39,928 nt of DNA from Pedosphaera sp. (GCA_031414955.1 JANOQV010000237.1:1-39928), one strand, 5' to 3'; counted from the stretch's first letter, positions 1 through 9,484 are shown. The notes: generated by a model from the letters alone, not told the origin. Numbers and translations: made by a program.

Positions 1-680
1 AGTTCCCCAGCTTCGTGCCCGGATCGGCCAGCGTCGCCGTGATGGCGTAAGCCCCCACCGCACTGTTCGTCGTCGCCGCGCTCTCGAAACTCGCCGTGAT
101 GGCGTCGCCGTTCTGCACGCCGACCAGCGCCCCGGTGAAGATCGGGTTCACCGCGCCATACACCCGGTTCGTGCTGTTCACGTTCACCGCCAGCGCCGCC
201 GCCGCCACGGTCAACGTCCCGCCGTTGATCGTGAGCGAGTAGTTCCCCAGCTTCGCGCCGGGATCAACCAGCGTGGCCGTGATGGCGTAGCCGCCCACGG
301 GACTGTTGGTCGTGGCCAAGCTGCCAAGCGACTCCGTGATATTGTCGCCGTTCTGCAATCCCACCAACGCTCCGGTGAACGCTGGGTTGCCTGCGCCGTA
401 CGCGCGGTTCGTGCTGTTCACATTCACCGCCAGCGCCGCCGCCGTCACCGTGAGTGTCCCGCCATTGGTCGTAATTGTGTACTTGCCCAGCCGGCCATTC
501 GGATCGTTCAGGACTGGCACGATGGCGTAAGCACCCACCGAACTGTTCGTCGTCGCCGCAGTGGTAAAAGTCGCCGTGATGCCGTCGCCCGGTTGCACGC
601 CGGCCAGCGCACCGGTGAAGACCGGGTTGGCCGCGCCATAAGTGCGGTTCGTGCTGTCGATGCTGATGACCATGGGCACC
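1..680 (-). repeat. About three tandem ~240-nt (80 aa) MBG-like domain repeats
   Basis: agttccccagcttcg at 1 and 241, diverged copy at 481. Protein motif STNRxYGAxNPxFTGALxGxQxGDxITxxxxxxATTNSxVGxYAI is typical of MBG domains. Confidence 0.8.
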
Positions 681-3600
681 GGATTCACGGTCAGCACGAA
701 GGTGTCGTTCGCCGTCTCCACCCCGTCGCTCACCGTCACCGTGATGGTGGCGCTGCCGACCAGGTTTGAAGCGGGCGTAATCGTCACGGTGCGGTTCGAA
801 CCGGATCCGCCGAAGACGATGTTGTTGGTGGGCACGAGGGTGGGATTGGAGGAACCAGCCGTCAGCACCAGGTTGGTGGCGTTGGTCCGGGCACTGCCGA
901 GGGTGAAGGGAAGGGCCGCCGTCGGTGTGTTCACGGGCGTGGATTGATTCACGATGTCCGTGATGGTGGGCGCGTTGTTGGTGGACGCGGTGGAAATGGT
1001 CAGGCTCCAGCCGCCGTCGAGCGAGCCGGAAGAAAGCGCCACGGCGGAACCATCGGCCAGATAGAGGGACCAGTTGCCGTTGGCGGACTGCCCGTTGAAG
1101 GCGGACAACAAAGCCGGATAAGCCAGGCCGGGCGGGCGCGCGGGTGCCGGCGCGGGCAGCAAGGGATTGACGAAGCCGTTGGTATCGTTGAACTCCCAAT
1201 CCGCGCATCGGTAGTTCGTGGAGGTGAGCAGGATCGTGTTGGGAATGAAACTGGGCGCGCTGTCGGAGAAGGTCAGGGTCAGGTGGCTCAAGGCGCCGCC
1301 GCCGCCGATGCCGCTGAACAGGCCCACGAACTGTCCGCCGGGGCCGACCAGCACCGCCGCCGGATCGCGCGACCACTGGTGGTTCAGGTCATGCAATGTC
1401 ACGGTCACATTCGTCACCAATCCCACCATGTTCGAGACGTTGATGATGGAGGGATAAATCGAGGCCGCACCCGCCGCCGGAATCGTCAGCGCGGCCGCGT
1501 TGCTGAAAATCTTGGAGGCCGTGACCGTGAGCAGAAAACTGTCGCTCGCGCTGTTCGTCCCGTCGCTCACCGTCAAGGTGATGGTGGCCGATCCCAGCAG
1601 CCCCAAGGCCGGGGTGACGATCACGGTGCGATTGGAAGCCGAACCGCCGAAGACGATGTTGTTCGTCGGCACCAGCGCGGGGTTGGACGATCCTCCGCTC
1701 ACCGTCAGGCTCGAAGCCGACGACTCCTCGTCGCCCACGGTGAAGGCAATAGCCAGGGTTGCCGTGTCCACAGGCGTGGATTGATTGCCGACATTGCTGA
1801 TCGTCGGGGCCGCGTTCACTGCGTTGACCGTCAGGACGAAGCTGAAGTTCGTGCTCAACTGGCCGTCGCCCACCGTGACAGAAATGGTAGCCGTGCCGAT
1901 CTGGGCGATGGCCGGAGTGACCGTGACCGTGCGGTTCGAGCCGGACCCGCCGAAGACAATGTTGTTCGTCGGGACCAGCGTGGGGTTGGAGGAAGTCTTG
2001 GAGAGATTGAGATTCTCCGCCGCCGCTTCCCCGTCTCCCACGGTGAAGGCGAGCGGGCCGGTGGAGGTGTTCTTGTCAATCGACTGGTTCGCAACTCCCG
2101 CGGCCACCGGCGGCGTGTTCACCGTGCTGACCGTGACCACGAAAGTGTCGTTGGTGCTCTTGGCCCCATTGCTCACCGTAACCGTAATCGTGGACGTGCC
2201 GGTCTGCGGGGCTGTGGGTGTGATCGTGACCGTCCGGTTCGAACCGGACCCGCCGAAGACGATGTCATTGGTCGGCACCAACGCTGGGTTGGAGGAAGCT
2301 GCGCTCAGAGTCAGACTGGTCGCCGGAAAGTCCAGATCGCCGATGGTGAAGGGGATCGCCGGGGTGGCCAGGCCCGTGGTGGTGGATTGATGGGGGATGT
2401 CGCTGATCAGCGGCGCGCTCGCGCCATCCGTGGAGATCATCAGACTCCAACCGCCCACAATGGTGCCGAAGGAGGGCGCGTTCTCGTCGTAGATATAAAG
2501 CAGCCACTCGCCGTTGGCCGTGAGTCCGTTGAAGGCATTCTTGAAGCCGTTGGTCGGGGTCAAGGTCACGTACGGACCAGGCGGCGCCGGGGCTGGGAAG
2601 TGATTGGCCACGGGATTGTTCGTGTCGCTCGGCGCAAAATCACGCGGCCAGAATTGTTCCGACCAAAGCTCGAACCCATCGCTGGGCGGGAGCGGGAAGA
2701 AGGACGCATCAGTCAGCGTGGCGGTGATGTTGGTGACGGGACCGGCCGAGACGCGGGTGAACACCGGCACGGCCTGGCCGGAAGGACTCACCAGGAGCAT
2801 ATGGACGTCTCGAATCCATTGGTGGGAGATCTTGCTGATGGTCAGCGTGAGGTTGGTGATCACCCCGCCCAGCCCGGAGACGACGTTGGTCGAGGCATAA
2901 GGCGAGGCCGGCCCTCCGGCAGCGATGTTGATGAAATTGGTGTTGGCAAAACGCACGCCGCCGCCCGGAGGCGGACTGACCGTGAGCACAAAGTTCGTGG
3001 TCGTGACATTGGTTCCGTCGCTCACCTGCACGGTGTTCGTCGCGGTGCCGGTCTGGCCAAACGCCGGGACCAGGGTCAGGAACCAATGCTCTCCGTCCGG
3101 ATCGAAACGAAAATAACGGTACAAGGAGTTCTCCGTGGGGAAGAGCGTCGGGTTGGAGGATGAGAAACTGAGTTGCAAGTTGTTCGAGGACGTCTCCGCA
3201 TCGTAGAGATAGAACCGATACAGGGCCGGATGATCCACAAACACCGACGGGCCGGTGATGGCTTGCATGGCCTGGATGATGGGCGCGCTGCCCGCGCTCA
3301 CCGTGATATTGCTCGAGGTGACGGAGGTCAATCCCGCGCTGGTGAACTGGATGGTGATGTTCGTAATCGTCGGGTGCGCCAGGTTGGTGTAAGCGACCAC
3401 GCCGTTGACCGAGGTGAGGTTGGTCGTGCCGAGCAGGTTGCTCACCCCGGCGCTGCGGTGGGCGGAAACCACCAACGCATCATTGCTTCGGATGTTGTTG
3501 TACTGATCCTGGATGAAGATGACCGGCTGCGGCGCGAAAGGAATTCCCACGTAGGCGGTGGCGGAAGGCTGGGTGCCGATGGCCAGCTTGTTCGCGGCGG

Positions 3601-6600
3601 CCGGGTTTACGACCACGTTCGAGCCGGTCACCGGGACAATGTCCACATGCAGGATGTCATCCGCCGTGACCGTGCGGGCGCCGCTGGTCCGCAGCGTGAC
3701 GCTGAAGGCGCGCGTGCCGGCGATCAATGCGGCATTGGCGGGGAGGATGGCGTTGGTGTCGCTGGAGGTGATCGCAATGGTGTCCGGGACCGTGTTGACC
3801 ACGGCCCAGTTCGTATCCACCGCGTTGACGATGACGTTGAAGGCCGTGCCGGCGATCTGGGCGAAAGGCGTGCCCGTCCGCCCCGAGGGCGTGCCCGGCG
3901 CGTTGGTCTCGCCCGGCATCAGGATTTGCAATTTCGCAAACGGGTTCGTGCTCACCGTGATGACCGGGCTGGTGTTCGAGGTGATGGACGGATGCGTCAC
4001 GTTCCAGGCGGTGACGGTGCGGCTGCCGGCGGTGTTGAGCGTGACGTTGAAACTGCGCGTGCCGTTGGTAAGCGCGGCGTCAAAGGGCAAGGTCGCGCCC
4101 GCGTCGCTCGAAGTGATGTGAATCGTGTCGTTGGTGTTGATGACGTTCCAGTTGGTGTCGACGGCATTGACGATGACCGCGAAAGGCACACCCACGCCCT
4201 GCATGAGCGGCGTGCCGATCTTGCCCGAGGCGCTGCCGGGCGCGGCGATTTCATCCGGCACAATCAACTGCAACCGGGCAAACGTTCCGGCATTCACCGG
4301 GATCGACGGACTCACACTCGGAGCCATCGCGGCCGTATCAACATTGGTCACGGTCAGGGTCGCACTTCCGGCGGTCTTCAACGTCACGCTCTGAACGAGC
4401 GTGCCCGAAGTCAGGTTCGCCGAGGCCGGCAACGTGGCGTTGGTGTCGGAGGAGAGCAACCGCATCGAGAAGCTGGCCCCGCTGGCCGTGGGCACCAGGT
4501 TCCAGTTCGCATCCACACCGTTGATCGTGACGTTGAACGCCGTGCCCGCCGTGCGGCTGCTCGGAGAACCAGTCTTGCCAGAGCCAGTCCCGGCCACAGC
4601 GGTCTCGCCCGGAACCAGCAACTGCAACTGCACAAACGCGCCGGCGTCCACCGTGACGGCCACGAGGTCATTCGTCTTGCCGCCATCCGTCAGGTCGGTC
4701 GCCGTGACGGACTGGCTGCCTGCCGTCTTGAAGATGAGGTTGAAGGTGTTGCTGCCATTGGAGAGCGGTGCGTTCGCCGGGGCGATGGCGTTCGTGTCCG
4801 TGACGGTGAGCCCGACCGTGTCGGAAATGCCGCCGGCCACATTGAAGAAATTATCCGCCGCAATCACCAGCACCGGCGTGTTCGTGCCGGCGGTGGCGGT
4901 CGGCGTGCCGGTCTTGCCCGTGGCCGTACCGGGCGCGGAAGTTTCGCCGGGCAGCAGCGCGAGCAACTGAGTGAACGGCGCGGAAGTCACCGCTACCACG
5001 GCCGAGGTCGCCGCAGTGAGACTGCCACTGGAAAAACGCAGCGTAATGTTCGTGGCCACGCGATGGGACAGGTTCGTGAACGTAACCACGCCCGCCACGG
5101 CGGCGAGATTGGTGGTGCCGAGGAGGTTGCCACTGCCCGCGATCCGCGCCGCCGCCACGCTCAAGGTGTCGTTGCTGCGCACGTTGTTGAAGGCGTCCTG
5201 AATCTGGAGCACCGGCTGCTGGGCCAACGCGACGCCCGCCACGACCGTGGGCGAAGGTTGGGTGGCGATGACCAGCTTGCTGGCCACGGCCGGATTGATC
5301 ACGGCGAGGGAGCCGGTGTCCGGCGTCTTCGCGCCATCCGTGACGTCCGTGGCGGTGAAGCTCTGCGCGCCCGAAGTCTTGTTCGTGACCGCGATGGTCC
5401 GGGTGCCGGCCACCAGAGCCAGGTTGCCGGGCAAGGTCGCATTCGTGTCGGAGGAAGTGATCGCGATGAGGTCCGTGACCGTGCTGACGACGTTCCAGTT
5501 CGTGTCCACGGCGTTGACGATGAGGTTGAACGAAGCGCCCGCCGTCTGCGCCGTCGGTGTGCCCGTTTTGCCCGTCGGCGTGTTGGGCACCGCCGTTTCG
5601 CCGGGCATGAGGAGTTGCAGCCGGGCAAATGGTCCGGGGTTGACCGGGATGAGCGAACTCAGGTTCGTGGTGATGGCGGAGTGGGTCACGTTCGAGGCGG
5701 TGAAAGTGCGATTGCCGGGCGTGTTGAGCGCGACGCTAAAACTCTGGGAGCCGGCCGCCAGGGCGGCGTTGGGCGGCAGCACCGCCGCCGGGTCACTCGA
5801 GTAAAGGCGGACGGTGTCGTTGGTCTCGATCAGGTTCCAGGCCGAGTCCACGGAACGCACGATCACGTTGAAGGCTGTTCCCACATCCTGGGCCGTGGGC
5901 GTGCCGCTCTTGCCCGTGGCGCTGCCGGGAGCCGCCGTTTCGCCGGGCACCAGCACTTGCAGCTTGTTGAACGCGCCGAGATTCACGCCGATGACGGCGC
6001 TGGTGCCGGGGGTCTTCGCGCCGTCGTCCACGTCGGTGGCAGTGAAGGTGGCGCTGCCTGCGGTGCGCAGGGTGACGCTCATGATCACATCGCCCGAACT
6101 GAGGTTGGCGTCAGCCGGCAGGGTGGCGTTGGCGTCGGATGAAACAAGGTGCATCGTAAAGCCGCTGCCGTTGGCGCTGGTCACGAGATTCCAGTCCGAG
6201 TCCACGGCACGAACCGTCACGTTGAAGGCCGTACCCGCGGTCTGATTGGTGGCAAGGCCCGTCTTGCCTGTCGCCGTCCCCGGAGCCTCCGTCTCGCCGG
6301 GTGCGATCACCTGCAGCTTCACGAAGGGTCCCGTGTTCACCGTGATGGCGGGGCTGGTGTTGGGCGTCTTCGCGCCATCCGTAACGTCCGTGGCCGTGAG
6401 AGTCTGGCTGCCGGCGGTCTTGAACGTCACGTTGAAGAGGTTCGTGCCGTTGCTCAAAGCGGCATTGGCCGAAAGCACCGCGTTGGCATCAGAGGATGTC
6501 ACTCCCACAAGATCAGTCACCGGACTGATGACGTTCCAGTTGGTGTCCACCGCCCGGACGGCCACGCCGAAGGCAATTGAGTTGGTGCGCGCCGTGGGCG

Positions 6601-7918
6601 TGCCAGTCTTGCCGACGATCGTGCCCGGAGCCGCCGTCTCGCCCGGCACCAGCAATTGCAGCCGGGTGAACGGTCCGGCATTCACCGTGAGACTCGAACT
6701 CGGCACGGCCGTCACGCCGCTGGCACTCGCTGAAATCGTCGTGGTCTCCGCCGCGCGCAAGATGGTCGTAAGCGCCGTGGTCGATTCGCCGGCCGTGAAA
6801 TTCACCGAGGTCACATACGTGGCCGTGCCGGACGGTCCCGCATAAGCAATCGTCTTGGCCCCCGCGTAGCCGGTGGCGATATTCGTGAAGTTATCCACCG
6901 CAGTCAGGCGGGTGATGGTGAAGGGCGTGCCGGCAATCTGCGCGTTGGGCGAGTTTGAATTGCCCAGGCCCGCATAAAAAGTCTGGCCCGGCAGCGTGAC
7001 AAACAACTTTGTCGCCGCGCCCGCCGCCACCGTCAGCGTCCCGGAGTCGGTGGTCGGGAGCACGCCCGAGGTGGCGCGAATGGTGGCGGTGCCCACGATA
7101 TGGCCCGTGAAGGTGGCGCTCTTGCTATCACCCGCCGACACCAAATCGCCATCCACCACACCACTCGTTTTGGACGGCAGCGTCCATGAGTCGGCGGCCA
7201 CGTTGGCCACGAAATTGGAGAACGCGTCGCGCGTGATGGCGAAGACGTTCGTCGAGCCGCCGGCCGTGAGATTCAAGGACGGCACGACGACGCCAGTGCC
7301 GTCGGCCTTCGATTCGACGCGCACCATCGCCGCCGCGGCCGGCACTTCGTTCAGATCGCCAAAATTGCTCCCGCTCGAACCGTTCGCCGAGGTCGTCATG
7401 CCGCTCATGACGGCGCTGCCCCCGCCCGTGGTCGGGCGATACATGTGGTTGCCCGCTGCCAGGGGAGTCTTGGCAATCGGACGAACGCGAATGGGAGTGA
7501 CACCGCCGATGGTCAGCGAGTCGATCGCATTGTTGCCACCAACCGTGAGGGTGATGGTCAACGTGCTCGCATCCGTCACCGCCACCGAGGCCGAGGTGAT
7601 GTTCTGGCCTGCGGTAAAATCGGCGTCAGGCGTCGTCCCCGTGTCGAACTGAAAACCAGCGGGCACCTTCAGGACGAGAGTGACACCGGCCCCGGTCGAG
7701 AAATCGTTGTTGCCCCCTTCCGCAATGGTAATCGGTCCAAGCGTGGTCCAGGCGGGAGCGGGAGCGTTGGAAGCCGTCGCGGCCGAAATGGCTCCCCCGC
7801 CGGTGGCCGGCGTAATGGAGACCACGGCCTGCGCCACTTGCCACCCCAGCAGCAGGATCGCGGCGACAAGTGCCTGTGAGATGAAGGCTGTTTTCAGTGA
7901 ACGACGTGGCAGTGACAT
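1..7918 (-). CDS. Giant secreted repetitive surface protein/adhesin (>2639 aa, 3' end outside window): signal peptide, Ig-like repeats, 2 proprotein-convertase P-domain-like modules, cadherin/Ig-like repeats, MBG repeats
   Basis: ATG at 7918 with AGAGGA upstream. N-terminus MSLPRRSLKTAFISQALVAAILLLGWQVAQA-VVSITP looks like a Sec signal peptide. The same frame reads as sensible protein down to base 2 (..NSTNRVYGAVNPIFTGALVGVQNGDAITASF..KLGN). The long + strand ORFs 944-3163, 3173-6142, 6149-6580 and 7445-7879 are all its codon-register antisense shadow. The ORF track lists no minus ORF in this frame, consistent with no stop in the window. Confidence 0.92.
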   Translation of the reverse strand, partial: MSLPRRSLKTAFISQALVAAILLLGWQVAQAVVSITPATGGGAISAATASNAPAPAWTTLGPITIAEGGNNDFSTGAGVTLVLKVPAGFQFDTGTTPDADFTAGQNITSASVAVTDASTLTITLTVGGNNAIDSLTIGGVTPIRVRPIAKTPLAAGNHMYRPTTGGGSAVMSGMTTSANGSSGSNFGDLNEVPAAAAMVRVESKADGTGVVVPSLNLTAGGSTNVFAITRDAFSNFVANVAADSWTLPSKTSGVVDGDLVSAGDSKSATFTGHIVGTATIRATSGVLPTTDSGTLTVAAGAATKLFVTLPGQTFYAGLGNSNSPNAQIAGTPFTITRLTAVDNFTNIATGYAGAKTIAYAGPSGTATYVTSVNFTAGESTTALTTILRAAETTTISASASGVTAVPSSSLTVNAGPFTRLQLLVPGETAAPGTIVGKTGTPTARTNSIAFGVAVRAVDTNWNVISPVTDLVGVTSSDANAVLSANAALSNGTNLFNVTFKTAGSQTLTATDVTDGAKTPNTSPAITVNTGPFVKLQVIAPGETEAPGTATGKTGLATNQTAGTAFNVTVRAVDSDWNLVTSANGSGFTMHLVSSDANATLPADANLSSGDVIMSVTLRTAGSATFTATDVDDGAKTPGTSAVIGVNLGAFNKLQVLVPGETAAPGSATGKSGTPTAQDVGTAFNVIVRSVDSAWNLIETNDTVRLYSSDPAAVLPPNAALAAGSQSFSVALNTPGNRTFTASNVTHSAITTNLSSLIPVNPGPFARLQLLMPGETAVPNTPTGKTGTPTAQTAGASFNLIVNAVDTNWNVVSTVTDLIAITSSDTNATLPGNLALVAGTRTIAVTNKTSGAQSFTATDVTDGAKTPDTGSLAVINPAVASKLVIATQPSPTVVAGVALAQQPVLQIQDAFNNVRSNDTLSVAAARIAGSGNLLGTTNLAAVAGVVTFTNLSHRVATNITLRFSSGSLTAATSAVVAVTSAPFTQLLALLPGETSAPGTATGKTGTPTATAGTNTPVLVIAADNFFNVAGGISDTVGLTVTDTNAIAPANAPLSNGSNTFNLIFKTAGSQSVTATDLTDGGKTNDLVAVTVDAGAFVQLQLLVPGETAVAGTGSGKTGSPSSRTAGTAFNVTINGVDANWNLVPTASGASFSMRLLSSDTNATLPASANLTSGTLVQSVTLKTAGSATLTVTNVDTAAMAPSVSPSIPVNAGTFARLQLIVPDEIAAPGSASGKIGTPLMQGVGVPFAVIVNAVDTNWNVINTNDTIHITSSDAGATLPFDAALTNGTRSFNVTLNTAGSRTVTAWNVTHPSITSNTSPVITVSTNPFAKLQILMPGETNAPGTPSGRTGTPFAQIAGTAFNVIVNAVDTNWAVVNTVPDTIAITSSDTNAILPANAALIAGTRAFSVTLRTSGARTVTADDILHVDIVPVTGSNVVVNPAAANKLAIGTQPSATAYVGIPFAPQPVIFIQDQYNNIRSNDALVVSAHRSAGVSNLLGTTNLTSVNGVVAYTNLAHPTITNITIQFTSAGLTSVTSSNITVSAGSAPIIQAMQAITGPSVFVDHPALYRFYLYDAETSSNNLQLSFSSSNPTLFPTENSLYRYFRFDPDGEHWFLTLVPAFGQTGTATNTVQVSDGTNVTTTNFVLTVSPPPGGGVRFANTNFINIAAGGPASPYASTNVVSGLGGVITNLTLTISKISHQWIRDVHMLLVSPSGQAVPVFTRVSAGPVTNITATLTDASFFPLPPSDGFELWSEQFWPRDFAPSDTNNPVANHFPAPAPPGPYVTLTPTNGFKNAFNGLTANGEWLLYIYDENAPSFGTIVGGWSLMISTDGASAPLISDIPHQSTTTGLATPAIPFTIGDLDFPATSLTLSAASSNPALVPTNDIVFGGSGSNRTVTITPTAPQTGTSTITVTVSNGAKSTNDTFVVTVSTVNTPPVAAGVANQSIDKNTSTGPLAFTVGDGEAAAENLNLSKTSSNPTLVPTNNIVFGGSGSNRTVTVTPAIAQIGTATISVTVGDGQLSTNFSFVLTVNAVNAAPTISNVGNQSTPVDTATLAIAFTVGDEESSASSLTVSGGSSNPALVPTNNIVFGGSASNRTVIVTPALGLLGSATITLTVSDGTNSASDSFLLTVTASKIFSNAAALTIPAAGAASIYPSIINVSNMVGLVTNVTVTLHDLNHQWSRDPAAVLVGPGGQFVGLFSGIGGGGALSHLTLTFSDSAPSFIPNTILLTSTNYRCADWEFNDTNGFVNPLLPAPAPARPPGLAYPALLSAFNGQSANGNWSLYLADGSAVALSSGSLDGGWSLTISTASTNNAPTITDIVNQSTPVNTPTAALPFTLGSARTNATNLVLTAGSSNPTLVPTNNIVFGGSGSNRTVTITPASNLVGSATITVTVSDGVETANDTFVLTVNPVPMVISIDSTNRTYGAANPVFTGALAGVQPGDGITATFTTAATTNSSVGAYAIVPVLNDPNGRLGKYTITTNGGTLTVTAAALAVNVNSTNRAYGAGNPAFTGALVGLQNGDNITESLGSLATTNSPVGGYAITATLVDPGAKLGNYSLTINGGTLTVAAAALAVNVNSTNRVYGAVNPIFTGALVGVQNGDAITASFESAATTNSAVGAYAITATLADPGTKLGN
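680..3290 (-). repeat. Four close plus one diverged ~100-aa cadherin/Ig-like repeats interleaved with two P-domain-like modules
   Basis: Motif SSNPxLVPTNxIVFGGSxSNRTVxxTP recurs near 800-860, 1620-1690, 1920-1990 and 2220-2290, with a diverged copy near 3000-3290. P-domain-like modules (FNGxxANGxWxLYxxD...GGWSLxIST) lie at ~995-1510 and ~2430-2960. Confidence 0.75.
3300..7000 (-). repeat. Eight (plus one degenerate) ~115-aa repeats with a PGETxxxGxxxGKxGxP motif, arranged as a duplicated ~1689-nt block
   Basis: PGET/PDEI codons at 3905, 4247, 4601, 4940, 5594, 5936, 6290 and 6635, plus PGQT at 6980. Each is followed by FxVxxxAVDxxWNxV. Confidence 0.85.
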
Positions 7919-8330
7919 ATGATTCCTCTGGGGTGAATGAGTTGGGCCTGGCCACACGAGACCCAGCGGTCCCTGCGACAACGGAAACTCCCTGCTCCTT
8001 ACAGACTGCGATATCGATCTGATCATTTCGGTCGACGGATAGTTTGCTGCGGTGCGATGCGGGCATCAAATGTTGAAACCCTCGGAAACTTACCTTGCGT
8101 TACATCGTAGTTTTACGGGAAGACGCGTGGCCTTCCCGAAGGGGCCAGGCACTCCACGACCTGCAATCAAGGGTGGTTCAGCACTGCTTACGTTTGTTCA
8201 GGGTTTCCGACACTCGGGGCTTCTTATACCCGCCTTATGTGCCTAAATCAACTGCTTTGGAGCCACAGTGATACCTCCCTCGGAACGAAGGCCCATCCCG
8301 GGGCGACCGATGGCCGGAGCCGGCACCGAC

Positions 8331-8373
8331 AACAAAAGAGGCGCCGCAGCCGGTTGAACCGGTTGCGGCGCCT
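8331..8373 (-). terminator. Rho-independent terminator ending the polysaccharide operon
   Basis: Minus strand AGGCGCCGCAACCGGTTCAACCGGCTGCGGCGCCT forms a long GC-rich hairpin followed by CTTTTGTT, 25 nt after the stop at 8399. Confidence 0.85.
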
Positions 8374-8398
8374 GCAAAAGACGAACGAACGATCTATC

Positions 8399-9427
8399 TC
8401 ACGCCTCGCTCCAGAAGAATTTCGGGTCGATCTGTTGCGTCCTGATCAGATGCTCCAACTGTTTGAGCCGGGTGAAGGTCCGGAACTGGAAGGCCTCGGC
8501 CGTCATGTCGATCTTCTTGAACAGCGCGGCGAGCTGCTGCGCACCTCGGCGGGCGTCCCAGGCGCACTTGAAATTCGGCAGGTGCTTCTGGATTTTCGCG
8601 AAGGAGACGCGGTAGCTGCGGTTGTCGGAACTGGCGGTGCCAAAGCTCAGTTCACAGCCGGGGAACGCCTCGGCGACAATCTGGGCGATCTCCTTCACGC
8701 GATAATTATGCGCCGTGTCGCCCACGTTGAAAATCTGGTTGTGGATGGCTTCGCGGGGCGCTCCCAGCACCTCGATGATGGCCTGCGCGATGTCCAGGCC
8801 ATGCACCAGCGGACGCCACGGCGTGCCGTCGCTGGTCATCTGAATTTTCTTCGTCGTCCAGGCCAGACCGGAAAGATTGTTCAACACCACGTCGAAACGC
8901 ATGCCGGGCGACGCGCCATACGCGGTCGCATTGCGCATGAAGGTCGGTGAGAAACTGTCGCTGGCCATCGGCTGCACGTCGCGCTCCACATAGGTCTTGC
9001 ACTCCGCGTAGGCCGTCTGCGGATTCACCGGCGATTCCTCGGTGACATAATCCTGATCGGACACGCCATAAACACTGCACGAGGACATGTAAACGAAACG
9101 CTTCACGCCGGCTTTGCGGGCGATCTCGGCTAGACGCAACGAACCCTGGTGGTTGATCTCGTAGGTGATGGTCGGCGAAAGCTGGCCGGCGGGATCGTTG
9201 GAAAGCTCGGCCATGTGAACGATGGCGTCCACACCGCGCAAGTCGTCGGCCGTAACATCGCGCAGGTCTTTGACGATGGTGTAGGGATTGATCGCGTTGG
9301 TGCGATAGAGGAACCGCTCTTTATAGAAGCCAGTGTCGAGACCGATCACTTCGTGACCCTTCCTGATCAATTCCGGTGCCAGCAGCGAACCGAGATAGCC
9401 GTGATTACCCGTGACGAAAACACGCAT
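8399..9427 (-). CDS. NAD-dependent epimerase/dehydratase (extended SDR)
   Basis: TGNHGYLG nucleotide-binding motif, SSCSVYG, YxxxK (YAECK), RNATAYG. Confidence 0.9.
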   Translation of the reverse strand: MRVFVTGNHGYLGSLLAPELIRKGHEVIGLDTGFYKERFLYRTNAINPYTIVKDLRDVTADDLRGVDAIVHMAELSNDPAGQLSPTITYEINHQGSLRLAEIARKAGVKRFVYMSSCSVYGVSDQDYVTEESPVNPQTAYAECKTYVERDVQPMASDSFSPTFMRNATAYGASPGMRFDVVLNNLSGLAWTTKKIQMTSDGTPWRPLVHGLDIAQAIIEVLGAPREAIHNQIFNVGDTAHNYRVKEIAQIVAEAFPGCELSFGTASSDNRSYRVSFAKIQKHLPNFKCAWDARRGAQQLAALFKKIDMTAEAFQFRTFTRLKQLEHLIRTQQIDPKFFWSEA

Positions 9428-9484
9428 ATGATTTTTACAGACTGATGTGTTGCTTTGGTTGTGTGAAAAAATGAAACGGCGTGC

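Noticed and set aside
264..1376. 370-aa minus-strand ORF overlapping the giant gene
   Set aside because: It is an alternative frame with Arg/His-rich nonsense composition; the MBG/Ig frame is the coding one.
944..6142. Very long + strand ORFs (944-3163, 739 aa; 3173-6142, 989 aa)
   Set aside because: They are codon-register antisense shadows of the giant minus-strand gene, with Arg/Gly/His-rich composition and no recognisable motifs.
1..7000. Repeats as a CRISPR array or other non-coding repeat
   Set aside because: Periods are multiples of 3 and divergence is concentrated at synonymous positions, so these are protein domain repeats. No cas genes are present.
7940..8050. Possible c-di-GMP-I riboswitch upstream of the giant gene (GCAAAC on the minus strand)
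   Set aside because: The GNRA-capped P2 stem and the following GACGCAAA motif are absent.
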